Of a stretch of DNA of 64,000 bases, positions 1 through 11,329 are shown one piece after another. How positions within the stretch are numbered: the first letter of the stretch is position 1; the number at the start of each line of letters is the position of its first letter. The notes beneath the pieces are model-generated. The model saw only the letters and a list, made by a program, of their open reading frames with translations. It was not told where the DNA came from and ran no database searches. Position numbers and translations under genes: made by a program. The DNA is from Paraphysomonas bandaiensis (lineage: Eukaryota; Protista; Chrysophyceae), in NCBI GenBank assembly GCA_965644295.1, contig CBFFRP010000058.1:62001-126000 (forward strand), written 5' to 3'.

Positions 1-492
1 GGAACAGACAGACTGTCGATTTGTTTTCAGTGCCCAAAAAAAATGCATATTCTCCGGAAATATTCTCTTAAAAATAACGATTTTCCGAGTTTTAACAAAA
101 AGGTACATATTTTCCGGAAATTGATTCCAAAACCCCCGGATTTTCGAGTTTTCGAGAAACAGCAGAGTTCAAAGGAAGCACATTGTGTATTTCGTCTGTG
201 TACAGATGACAGGCTTGTTTCATATGTTGATGCCGTCATTCCACCAGTGATGTGGAGGCGAACAAACAAATAAATAAGGTTGGTTATCGTAACCATCTGT
301 TGCCAACAAGTTAAAGTATGAAGTACTTTAGAGGAGAAAGGTATATTATATGTTAAGGACAACTGATGTAAACATGTCAATGTGTGATGACAATGAATGG
401 ATATGCATGCATGTGACATACTATCCATTCATTCATAATACGTAGTGCGTATGTGATAGGAAAACTACGGAAGCGAAGTTTACACTTCAACT
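1..492 (-). mobile_element. Partial sibling copy of the copia-derived LTR element (5' LTR 309-492 plus PBS and leader; remainder lies left of the window)
   Basis: Positions 1-492 are near-identical to 2906-3396 (few SNPs), including the LTR and the TGGCAACAGATGG PBS-like site. Confidence 0.85.
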
Positions 493-526
493 CCACCAAT
501 CAACCTATGTTAGATGTAAATAAATA

Positions 527-712
527 AGTTAAAGTATGAAGTACTTTAGAGGAGAAAGGTATATTATATATATTAAGGACAACTGATGTAAACATGTCAA
601 TGTGTGATGACAATTAATGGATATGCATGCATGTGACATACTATCCATTCATTCATAATACGTAGTGCGTATGTGATAGGAAAACTACGGAAGCGAAGTT
701 TACACTTCAACT
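527..712 (-). repeat. 3' LTR (186 bp)
   Basis: Matches 309-492 and 3213-3396 except a 2-bp indel and about 2 substitutions; terminal inverted repeat AGTTAAAGT / ACTTCAACT. Confidence 0.88.
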
Positions 713-720
713 CTCCCCCT
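713..720 (-). promoter_or_regulatory. Polypurine tract (PPT)
   Basis: Minus strand AGGGGGAG immediately precedes the LTR start AGTTGAAG. Confidence 0.75.
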
Positions 721-1936
721 AAAACTAAGCGTACGTATGTAATGGACAACATGAAAACTAGGTACTAAGCTAGATACTGAAAATAGATACTGAAAACCCG
801 AAAAGAAAACCATGATGGTATGATGGATGCATGGGAAAACAAAAGGGAAAGTATCCAATAGTAGAATATATATACCATAACTATAAGATATAGTGTGTGC
901 AGAGGACCAGATGGGGCTTACCATCTACGAGTCATACACTCCCACTAATATAATATATATATAGGTAATGACATATGTATATATAATATATGTATATATA
1001 TATATACTGATATTATGAACACAACGATCATCGTATCGTAGAACCACTATAGTTCTGAAGAAGTCAAACACAAACTTCAAAGCAAACCAATCCACGCTAT
1101 GACAACATACGAGGTTCATATGGAGTAGACGAAGAATTGAATCAACTATATATGCTTGTAATATTGCCTGACATGGTTAAACAAACCAAATATAGAATAT
1201 CATAGCATTGATAATATATATGTACATTGTGTTGATAATATTATAAGATAATGCATAACAATGCACAACAGGTGAATCTTAATGATTATAATCAATATAG
1301 TATTGTATACCTGTCACCTTGAAATGCTTGAAAATCATGAACAGCATAATATGGAAATGCTTTTCTGTTGAATGTCTACATGACAACAATGAAAGAACAG
1401 ATAAAACATATTAAATCACTGGACTATATAGAGCCAGCAGGTAAATACAAACGCTGAACTGATAATTGCATATATCGCATGAAAGTGCGCAATGCAGATT
1501 AAGATAATCGGTGCCTCTATAATAGGGCAGCAGAGTTAAAACTCTGATTGTGAGGCTGTTCTACCTGTGGAACAAAGCCAGCACTATTCCATACTAGTGG
1601 AAATAAAAGAGATATATATGCCTGCCTTTTATAATGATAAGGGGCTAAAATATGATATGCCTGCCATAAATAGGGGGCAATAAACTGATATATGATATGC
1701 CTGCCTTGTATAGGGGGCAATGAACTGATATGCCTGCCTTACCAATGAGGGGCTGTACCATTTGAGTATAAGATGCCTGCTAATGAGCGGCAATAATATG
1801 ACTGTGAATCCGACTGCTGTGCCCTATGCGGGGAGCTTGTCGACACGTCAAATGCATCTGATTCATCACAGATAACTCAATATTGGGAGGTGCTGTTCTC
1901 TCAACCGAATCATCGTCGGGAGGTATACGAGCTCCT

Positions 1937-2266
1937 TCAACAATAGACTTCAATGGAGCGACCGTCAGTCTGAGGGGTCATATCGAAAGCCGGCTGTAAC
2001 GCGATTTCTGAGGTAGCTGGCTCGTTGGCTGCTCCAACAGATTTCTCGTCATGCACAATAACATCGGGTTCGTGACACTGTATGGAGGGATCATTCCCGT
2101 CGGTATCCTCCTCCTGTACAAGTTCATCATCGGACTCATCATGAATCCGCTCCCGTGCTTGGAAAGGTGACACTAGTTTAAAGGCATGCTGAATGAATCT
2201 GACATCCGCAGTCTCGAGGACCATGCCTGTGCTCGGTCTATACACTTTATACGTACGGTGAAGAGA
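1937..2266 (-). pseudogene. Copia polyprotein remnant (post-integrase SH3-like segment plus acidic linker)
   Basis: The frame reads SLHRTYKVYRPSTGMVLETADVRFIQ, matching the copia 'Y(r/k)vydp.t.kv..srdV.F' motif. Confidence 0.65.
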
Positions 2267-3196
2267 TCAACACTCAACAACTCCGATAAATAAAGATAGA
2301 GAGAAACAATTGTCATGATTGGATAGCGCTTCTGTAGGCTGAAAGACGATACGCCAACAGAGCAAAAACATATGGTTTATAACCATCATAACAACATCTG
2401 ATACATCACCAGAAGAAGAAAGCAGACGAAAGGAATAATCCACATAATATATAAGCTGCTGATGAACAGAGCAACATTCTCTTGAATAACAGGTTTGAGT
2501 ACAAACTGGTGCACAATGAAACCCTTGTGGATAGGATAAAGCAATCGTCACTGTCAAACTCTCAAGAAATAACTCTCATTGAATGAAAGAGGAGAAAATC
2601 GTGCTCTCAAACACAACAACTGCTGTGCGAGGCTAACATATGACTCATAACAAGCGATCTCTTACTGCAGGGTTGACTCCCTGAGAAGACAATATACGAG
2701 CCAAAGAAAGAATATTCACAGCCATCAACATGAAGTCTAACCACTCCTGGTGTATCACCGGACAAAGCGTCTCAAGGTGTCAAAATCAGCACACATGGTG
2801 GAGACAAGTCATCAAAATCAGACTGGCTGGAATGGACATGTGCATTAGTATATACACTGTCATCTCCTTAAAGTCATATATTACACACTGCAGGAGCTCA
2901 AACAAGGAACAGACAGACTGTCGATTTGTTTTCACTGCCCAAAAAAAATGTATATTCTCCGGAAATATTCTCTTAAAAAAACGATTTTCCGAGTTTTAAC
3001 AAAAAGGTACATATTTTCCGGAAATTGATTCCAAAACCCCCGGATTTTCGAGTTTTCGAGAAACAGCAGAGTTCAAAGGAAGCACATTGTGTATTTCGTC
3101 TGTGTACAGATGACAGGCTTGTTTCATATGTTGATGCCGTCATTCCACCAGTGATGTGGAGGCGAACAAACAAACAAATAAGGTTGGTTATCGTAA

Positions 3197-3209
3197 CCAT
3201 CTGTTGCCA
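3197..3209 (-). promoter_or_regulatory. Putative primer-binding site
   Basis: TGGCAACAGATGG starts 3 nt after the 5' LTR end; TGG is complementary to tRNA CCA. Cognate tRNA not determined. Confidence 0.6.
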
Positions 3210-3212
3210 ACA

Positions 3213-3396
3213 AGTTAAAGTATGAAGTACTTTAGAGGAGAAAGGTATATTATATGTTAAGGACAACTGATGTAAACATGTCAATGTGTGATGACAATGA
3301 ATGGATATGCATGCATGTGACATACTATCCATTCATTCATAATACGTAGTGCGTATGTGATAGGAAAACTACGGAAGCGAAGTTTACACTTCAACT
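3213..3396 (-). repeat. 5' LTR (184 bp)
   Basis: Appears identical to 309-492; followed by the TSD AAATA. Confidence 0.88.
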
Positions 3397-3582
3397 AAAT
3401 ATGTAAACACACGATTTTCAAATTTACCGACTGTGTAATAATGTTCCATTATATTTTTCAATTAAAATGTCCGTATTGTTTTCTTTCATTGATTTCAAAT
3501 TGTTTCGTGCGTAACACTTTGTGTTAATATTGATATACATTGATTATTGTAGATAGTTTTCTGGTGAGTCCTATACTCCAGC

Positions 3583-4550
3583 ATGGACTTGCAACAATTA
3601 GCAGAGCAAATGGCTCAGATGGAGCAACGATCTATTCAGCGTTTTGAAGAGATGAGGCAAGAGTCCAATCAACGTTTTGAAGAAATGAAGGAAGAGTCTA
3701 ACCAGCGTCTGGAAGAGTTAAGACGTGATAACATTCAAATGAGATTTGAGTTCAACGAACGTTTTGATCGTGTCAACCAACGTTTTGATCGACAGGACCA
3801 GCGTTTTGATGATATCGATCAGAGACTTCATGTTGTTGAGGAGATCAAATCACGCAGAACGACTCCTGCGTCTTCAGTAGTTGCAGCTGATGAGGAGCTT
3901 CCGATTGGTCCTGACATGTCAAATATTCCATACCAAGAATCAAAATTGAGTGATGATGAACCAGGGATTCAGAGTGGAGTTTCGGCGATCCCGCAACAGT
4001 CTGAACAGTTTATTAGTCCAGAATTTCTACAGTCCAAGATTGAAATTGCGGTAAGAGAAGGAATACGCAATGCAAGTTATTTACAAGCAGAGGACCCTAG
4101 TATTCTCCAGCCTCAACGCGTTAAGAGACAAACCATTCAAGAAGCTTTTTAATGGATATTGACAAGAAACAAGTACAGAAGATAATTCTAACGCCACTTG
4201 ACATTTCATTCAGGGATATAACTCTATCGAGAATTACAGTTGATGGTTTTCTTCAGTTCTTAGAGAAGATTGCGGAGTATGAGAAGAGGAATGATGATAG
4301 ACCTGTACCTTCAGTGTATTCGTTGTTGGGAGAGAGAGCCAAGGAGACAATTAAAACTGTTTTGACTGTCCAAGAAGAATCTAACTACCGAGTTGATGTG
4401 CAGTCACATAGTCAAGATACTGTACAGGTTGTTTCAGTGAATGAGTCTTCAATCGAAGAGACCACTGAGAATTTTACTATTGATGTTTCATCTCAATTGT
4501 CAATAATGAAACAATTGTTATTCCTTGTGTCATACACATTTTGCGCGTAA
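3583..4550 (+). pseudogene. Coiled-coil protein split into two ORFs at a TAATG overlap; possibly gag-like, 3' end probably truncated
   Basis: ORF 3583-4152 has heptad repeats (NQRFEEM/DQRFDR). ORF 4152-4550 starts within its stop codon. The gag-like label rests on transposon context only. Confidence 0.4.
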
Positions 4551-4790
4551 TACCATTCAGTTTTTCAATAATAGTTTCATCATAATATGAAAGAGATGGG
4601 GGAATATATACCAATGTAGATATTGGTATAAGTTGACTATATACTTCCTCCATATGAATTTCTGTCACATGGGGAATAATATCGCGCTCTGTATCTACTA
4701 AACCCGTGGTTTTAAAATCATATCCCATAATCATATATATTTTGAAAACATTGAGATGATGAAATAGATAAGCGTAAAGTATTATGAAAC
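4477..4790 (-). pseudogene. AT-rich intronless ORF fragment, unknown product
   Basis: Open frame KIYMIMGYDFKTTGLVDTERDIIPHVTEIHMEEVYSQLIP with protein-like composition; no family recognised. Confidence 0.3.
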
Positions 4791-4899
4791 AAAAATCGTT
4801 CCTGAGGTGTAATATGTTGTAGTGACCCTGTTGTGGTTTTTACCCCTTCCGATAACTCCACAATTTGCAATTGATACTCGTTGCGATCAGCACAATTGG

Positions 4900-5657
4900 C
4901 TAATGCAAACTCCGCATATTAGTCAACAAATTTTATCTCCTCTTCGAAAATGTCCACACATAAAAGTTACTACTTTTTTACATACATATAATGATGTGTT
5001 TACTCTTACAAATCCTCGCACTGGAGAACGAAATGAGCCAATTGATCCCCAAGAATTTCACTTATTATTCCCAGATCATGTACAATTAACTAACCAATCC
5101 AATTTTTTAAAAACTATATCCATTTCTGATTATGCACAACATGGTGACCCCTGGGGTGATTCTCTTTTCAATCTCTTACTCATTTATTATGTCAATTAAA
5201 TAGCTTACAAGAAGTAACTTTCTTATGGAAATCAATATCATTGGGTGACAATGCGTTTGACATGGTACTTTATATACTTCCCGATTTATATGTAATAACG
5301 CCAATTAACGTTTGTGATGTATTTCGTAGTTATCAGTGTCAATCATTTTGTACACCACAATGGGGTAAATATGGTGGGTATAATGATAGAGTTGCCATGG
5401 GTCCCGTGCACATTATGGAATTATATGGGTCACGATTTCAACAAGCACTAGAGTACAGCAGAAAAATTGGCCCTTTACATTCCGAAACATTTTTAAAACA
5501 CTGTATGTCTAATTTCCCGGTTACCCATTTTACCTCTTTTATTGTTTGTCGTGTTCGTGCAAATGGAAAAGTAGCAAAAGGGGATGAACAAATGGTAAAA
5601 TACAAGTATCCTAATTTTTTTAAAAAAATGTTGCTTATTTTATACAGCACCAAATAA
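4900..5657 (+). pseudogene. Frameshifted glycosyltransferase-like gene of a family common in giant viruses and algae
   Basis: Removing 2 nt at the TCTCT near 5161-5165 joins the two ORFs: ...TTFLHTY...GDPWGDSFQSLTHLLCQLNSLQEVTFLW...FDMVLYILPDL...YGGYNDRVAMG...HSETFLK. N-terminus missing; no introns. Confidence 0.6.
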
Positions 5658-5963
5658 CTATATATGCCCAAATGAAGTACATCAAGTTCCAATTCTTGTT
5701 CCAATGAGAACTGCGTTCCAACGGAGACGAAATATTGTTGTCCGCAAACCTTTTCAAAGTGTAGTTGCTCTGTAGTACATGTGATACGGGCACTGTTATG
5801 ACGCATCGCCGTGTGTATCTATCAATGCTAACTCTGCATTTGCCTGAATCAACCGTATCTGTTTATGACGTACATGTGTTTTACATATCACAGTAGCTAT
5901 GACATTCTACTGTCATACAACATATATTTAAGCGATTTATATTTTTTCACCATGTGCTTTCAG

Positions 5964-6227
5964 GTTCTTGGTACGGACGAGTTACTCGAGTACCTTGACC
6001 GCTACGATCTTGAGCTAGACTCCCACTTCGACGGGATGATTGGACGACACACCAAGAAATCGTGGACACGATTCATTTCACCAGAGAACCAGCACTTAGT
6101 GTCTGAAGAAGCAATGAGTTTTCTGTCGGGTCTGCTTCGTTACGACCACCAGGAAAGACTCACCGCGCAAGAGGCCATGGCGCACCCCTACTTTCGTGAA
6201 ATCAGAGCTGCGGAATCGTCAGAATAG
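5964..6227 (+). CDS. CSNK2A: Casein kinase II alpha, terminal exon only
   Basis: Acceptor tttcag| at 5963, then [19 protein letters not shown]...[24 protein letters not shown]...[21 protein letters not shown], the CK2-alpha C-terminus. Confidence 0.92.
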   Translation, partial: VLGTDELLEYLDRYDLELDSHFDGMIGRHTKKSWTRFISPENQHLVSEEAMSFLSGLLRYDHQERLTAQEAMAHPYFREIRAAESSE

Positions 6228-6598
6228 AACTTTGTCGGGTCATAGTATTTTATGACATCTCTCCCCACAGCTTCGCACAGGTTTTTGTATACCATTCAAG
6301 TTTTTGGTGAATGATTCACATGTCATGTTGGGAGGTAGCTTACGTAAGGCATAGCTTTATTTCATTGCTGCATTGGTTTCTAGCACTAGTTATCATTTTT
6401 ATGGCAACACGTGCGCCCTCAAATACGTAATGTGTATTGGTAACGGACTGTGCCATACTAGAACCCCCTTTGCATACCGAAGTGTGGGAGCACCTTAGTA
6501 TATATGCCTATCAATGTATGTGGAAATATTTGTATGTGTTCATTCAGATGAATATATATGCGCAAATATACGCTCATTGTGTCGTTAATTTGTTATAG

Positions 6599-6690
6599 GG
6601 GGAGATCTTCCAGAATATTGCCAGGAAATAATAGATTCATGGCGATCACACCACCCGTCCTGGGATATACAGTTATGGACTGATGAATAA
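6599..6690 (+). pseudogene. Orphan fragment of a GT32-type (DXD sugar-binding) glycosyltransferase N-terminus
   Basis: After ttgttatag| the frame reads GDLPEYCQEIIDSWRSHHPSWDIQLWTDE*, matching the 'P...i.SW...hP.w.y.lWtD' motif. Too short for the ORF track. Confidence 0.6.
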
Positions 6691-6920
6691 GACCTAGAAC
6701 TACGATAGATTGTAGTTAGATAAGAGTAGCACTGGTCGAATAATAAGCTAGTGTTGCAGTTCCTTGAATAATAGTTTGTTACGCTACGTTAAACTAGGGA
6801 GGGTATATAGGCAAAGTAGCACGTTTCACTGTATCAAAAAGTAGAAAAGTAATCTGTGCAAGACTTGGTACCTATGTCCGATGTAGTGGTATACCCTACG
6901 GGGTATACCGGTGTAATTTT

Positions 6921-7880
6921 CTACTTTTTGTTTTCTGCAGTCAATAGTGATTCGGTTGTTTGAACCTCCTCAGCATCAGATATTTGTCGAAAGTTTTCCG
7001 CCGCAGAGAGACGAGGAATAAATTGTGACACGATGTCAAATGCATTGGGTCTACGATTTCTAAAGAATCTCACGTAGTCGATGCAACTAACAAGGATTTT
7101 TGAAAAAGCTTTCCATTCTCGATCTGATTCCCTGTCTCGGATCACTTTCTTTATCTCGTTTTTTATATCGTCATTGTCCAGGAAAGCCCTTGCCTCTCTA
7201 TGCTTTGTGCGCAATCCAGATAAGAACGCGATATCAGAGCCCTCTTTTGCTTCTTCGTATCTCTTCAATAGTATCTGTTTAAATTTGAATACTGAAAGGT
7301 TTAATATAAAAGATGAAATACCTCAATTGAGCATATATGAATGGCACTTCTCTCTAAGAAATCGTCGTCACCAAATACACAAGATGTATACCCTTCTTCG
7401 ATAAAGTGCAGCTCGTGAATTCTTCGATTTTGAATCTGGGCCAACAACTCGAATATGCAATCTACAGTAACTCCTGAAATATTTCCCATGACGCGCTTCA
7501 AATTTAACAAGAGTGACCGTTCTTCTTCGTTGTCGTCCATACCCATGCGTTGTGATATGTTACTAAATTCATTCATCCAATAATATTCATTTTTTCCGAG
7601 GTTTTTGTGACTTAAATGACTTAATGTTGGCAGTGTAATTGTAATTGCTTGTGACGACAATAACAGGTCAAATTCACCACACGATTATCTTCTGCAACGA
7701 ACACCTCCACTCATTAATATCAGTCGTACAGTGGATGGCCCCTATAAGGATCTCAAATGGGCGCACCTTATAGGGGCCAGGCACCTTATAGGGGCGATCC
7801 ACTGTATCGGCATCCTTTGTTTATTTTTGTTCAAAAATGCCTCAAATGTTGAGGCAATAATTATCTGTATTCGAGCCGTA
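6921..7880 (-). pseudogene. Degraded intronless gene of unknown family
   Basis: ORFs 7301-7660 and 6921-7268 are collinear and frameshifted. Excising the 76-bp MITE restores the upstream frame (...NKQRMPIRLILMSGG...). Confidence 0.45.
7729..7804. mobile_element. 76-bp Tc1/mariner-pogo type MITE
   Basis: 21-bp TIRs CAGTGGAT(G/C)GCCCCTATAAGG (20/21 match); TA on both sides (7727-7728, 7805-7806); extra internal copy of the TIR core. Confidence 0.85.
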
Positions 7881-10800
7881 GTTCTAGTATTCTACAAAGT
7901 ACAGAACTCATTTCTCATGCATCAGCAGCAGTTCAACAGTGAGTATCTCGAGCTCTCAGTACAACCATGACAAGTAACAGTCATACAGGATTCGAAATAA
8001 ACAACAGATTTCAGTTTTTTTTCAAAAAACACTTTTTTTGGCATTTTCATCATTTTTTGATGTTTTTGATAACGAAGTGAAGTGATGTTATGACTATTAA
8101 GATGAGGATCACACTACCATCATACTGTACCCCTCATACGATACTCTGATACCTCCACTATAGCATCATGAGGTCAGTGTAAGTCCATATCATAATATGC
8201 ATATCTCATAACCTCTATTAGGCTTGACAAGGGATGGAAATGGATGCATAGAACCATGAGAGGATAATCAGAGAGATGAGCACACTGTGAGAGGAAGAGG
8301 GGCAGCATCCATATATGGAGACTCGGGGACTGTATGACAGCGATGGGAGACTATTGTCCTCTCTGCAGAGGGGCCAGAGGGCTCTGTGCAGTCTGTATAT
8401 ATGGGCTGATCTGCCCCCCTCTGTATTCGTCTGTACAGAGCAGCACACACACAGCTGCATGAGAGCATACAGAAGACCAGCCTCCATATAGCTGTGTATT
8501 CATGTATGTGAGAGTCCCCATAAAGAGTTTGGGTGTGAGTGTGATGCCATCGGAGACATTTTGTCGAGGTAAAAGGCGTTGTATAGATGTTGACTATATG
8601 CCTTGTAATATACGCTCCATACAGACGTCATATCACTCCCATTTCAAGAACCATTGTGGCAGCTGTGTGTCTATGGATTGTGGAGGGATGTGGGCGGAAG
8701 CTAATATGTAGAATAAGTTCTCAAGGCGATGGAGAACAAGTTATCTGCTGATAGCGGTGATAAGAAGGTATATATGCTAAGCACTAACGGTATAAGTGCT
8801 GATGAAATTGTACCACAGGAGTTTCAGATTGGTGTTTTGGTGACAAAACCTTCTCAGCTAGGTTGTAAAGCGCTTTCGTACAATGGCAGAGGGACGTATG
8901 AGGTTGAGTTCGATGTCGACGGCGATATTCGAACAATCTTGCGGCACCAGTTGCGATGTCGAGGTGGTACGGCACGGATGACCATCAACCGCCTTTCACT
9001 TATATAGAATAGCTACCAGAGGATTAAGTATGGAGTCCAGTAGTGGTAGTGGGATCTAAAGCAGAAGGAGGAATAGCAAGGGGCAATTTAAAGGTATGTG
9101 TGATGCTTGTAACTGTATACCTAGCTGTGCATATGGCATATCTTTGACCTAATTTTTGGCGATATGTAGAAATTGGAGGAAATTCAAATAAGCAACGGGA
9201 AGTCGGATCAAGATAGCTTTTTTAGAACTTTACACAGGTGCGATATCATTTATGTGATTTTCATTCAATTTTATTTAAATATTTTTATATCGGGAATACT
9301 TATATATGATGTTGGTTTAGTTGTACTTATATATCTATTTACGCGATAGATGTATTGAAAGTTGCAAATATTATTGCAGAATAGTCACTGTTATGTTATT
9401 GTGTTTCCATTGCGCTGTAGATGACGTTCTAATTCGTTTGTTTCGTGCAGATATGCTATTTTCAAAATTGTGTCTATTTCACTATTCGATATATATTTGG
9501 TAAAAATCATGATTTTTTTTGGTAATTTGTGTATAACTTTACAAGTAAATTAGAATAAGCAACACCCATGTATTTCAAGATAGCATTTTATATAAGTGTT
9601 CATATGAACTAATCTAGAGCATCTAGCTAGCTAACTAGCTTAACTTAGCATAGCATTCATCAGACAGTTGTTTATTTCGAATCCCCCCTGTATAGTATCA
9701 AATTGATGCCATTATATTACATAGTATTAATGATTAGGCTATCAGTGGGAACCACAAGACTTGGAATTTGAATTTGTGCATGCCTGTTCAAGATGCGGCT
9801 TTTTTTGAGTTTTCAAAGTTTGAAAAAGTCCCATCAATTTGAAAGGCATTCACAACTTCAAATATCTCATTACCATTGCACACAAATAGGATGACTTGCG
9901 AATTTTGTTCAGATAGTGAGCCTCATCGAGGCCCTGGAAGACCTAAGCTTGATAGAGAAGCTCTCAAACACGAGTTAAAGATTTGCAATCAGAGGTATGC
10001 AAGTGAAACGACCGGGGTTGTGGGAATAATGGGCATCGGACTATGTACTGATTCATCCTGAGTATACCTTTTATTCATACCTGCAGGTTAATCCTCACTA
10101 CGTGCTACGACGTCTGATCTTATAGAGTGCTTGCTAGATACTGTTAAGCAAGCCCCTAGTCCCAAAAATGTACTCAATATTCTTATTATTACTACTATAC
10201 CTACTTATGCCCTCATAACTTAAAAGAGAGTGACTCAACATAGCAATCTTGCACTTACAAGCTGACTCTACACTTAAGCACCCATATCATACTTGTCATA
10301 GTCGTATATTCCTACAGTTAGCGTAATACCTTCCCTCGTAAGCGTACTCCGCTACTCCCCTATCGTACTCAGGTATCCGTACTTAGGTACATACGTACTT
10401 AACTACTCTTCCTCGTACTTCAGGACCCATTACATAGGTACACCACTCTATATTTCTCAGTCTAACCTTCTCCTGCACCATATATGGGGTCTAAACTTCC
10501 ACAATATCATAACTTTCATATATTCTACCTACAACTCACATTTCCTCATATTTCCAGTAAAATGACGCATATCAGAATCGTCACATTTCCCCCGAATCCA
10601 CGACCTGAACAGGTCTACACAAGTCAAGTACAGAGTGACCTGGTTCATGAAGTCAACATTTAAAATTTAAAATAATCTTTCCCCCGAACCCACGACCTGA
10701 ACAGGTCTTATGGGTATGGTGTACTCTCAGTCTGTCCCGCCAATTTCTTCTGCCTTTACTAAATGAACCGATCTTAATACCCGATCACTGTGTGATAGCC

Positions 10801-11329
10801 TCTAGCTGACTACCCCCTGGGTCACCTAACCCATTCATCCACCGAAGATCCATAATCACAACACCATCCACAATAGAGTTTAGCAATACACTGTCCCCTA
10901 GGATCATTTTCCTTCCCTGCCACTGGTAGTTGTCCATGAACTTCCATTGGATATTAGCATGTCTCACCCGTGCATGCATATTGTTTAAAGTAATATACTC
11001 ACAAGAACAGGAGCCCTTTGGTTGCTGACGGTAGTCTCCTAGTCCTTCCCACACACCTCGTCGCAGCACTATATCTACAGATAGGACATCAACACACCCA
11101 CTGGATTGCTCCTCTTTAAATAATACGCCTGCCAACCCTCCCCTATCTACTGATACTCCAGTGTCTAAAACATTGTCCTGCTGATTGCCTAATCCTTGTA
11201 TACTTATGTTCTCGCTCCTTAAATTCGTCTCAACTTCCATTATAATTATGCTGAACAACATATTCATACATGTCATCTTCTTTCTGCTCCACCGACTGGA
11301 CTTCCTCTCTCTGCTCCATACCGCTCTCT

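Larger units (their letters stand above)
527..3396 (-). mobile_element. Non-autonomous, internally deleted Ty1/copia-derived LTR retrotransposon with AGTT...AACT LTR termini
   Basis: Direct repeats 527-712 and 3213-3396; 5-bp TSD AAATA at 522-526 and 3397-3401; purine tract AGGGGGAG abutting the 3' LTR; TGG-initiated PBS 3 nt from the 5' LTR; copia integrase SH3-like remnant inside; no RT seen. Confidence 0.88.

Noticed and set aside
27-428. Duplicated ORFs 27-428, 2973-3332 and 43-273
   Set aside because: They span LTR and leader sequence and have no protein-like features.
298-489. Canonical TG...CA LTR boundaries (TGTTG at 298 and 3202)
   Set aside because: The 3' LTR copy lacks that segment, and the TSD abuts AGTT/AACT instead.
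6680-6705. Hammerhead ribozyme core (CTGATGA)
   Set aside because: No stem II or GAAA partner; the word is part of the WTDE codons.
8729-9240. 92-aa ORF followed by splice-like signals
   Set aside because: No recognisable family and no coherent gene model could be built.
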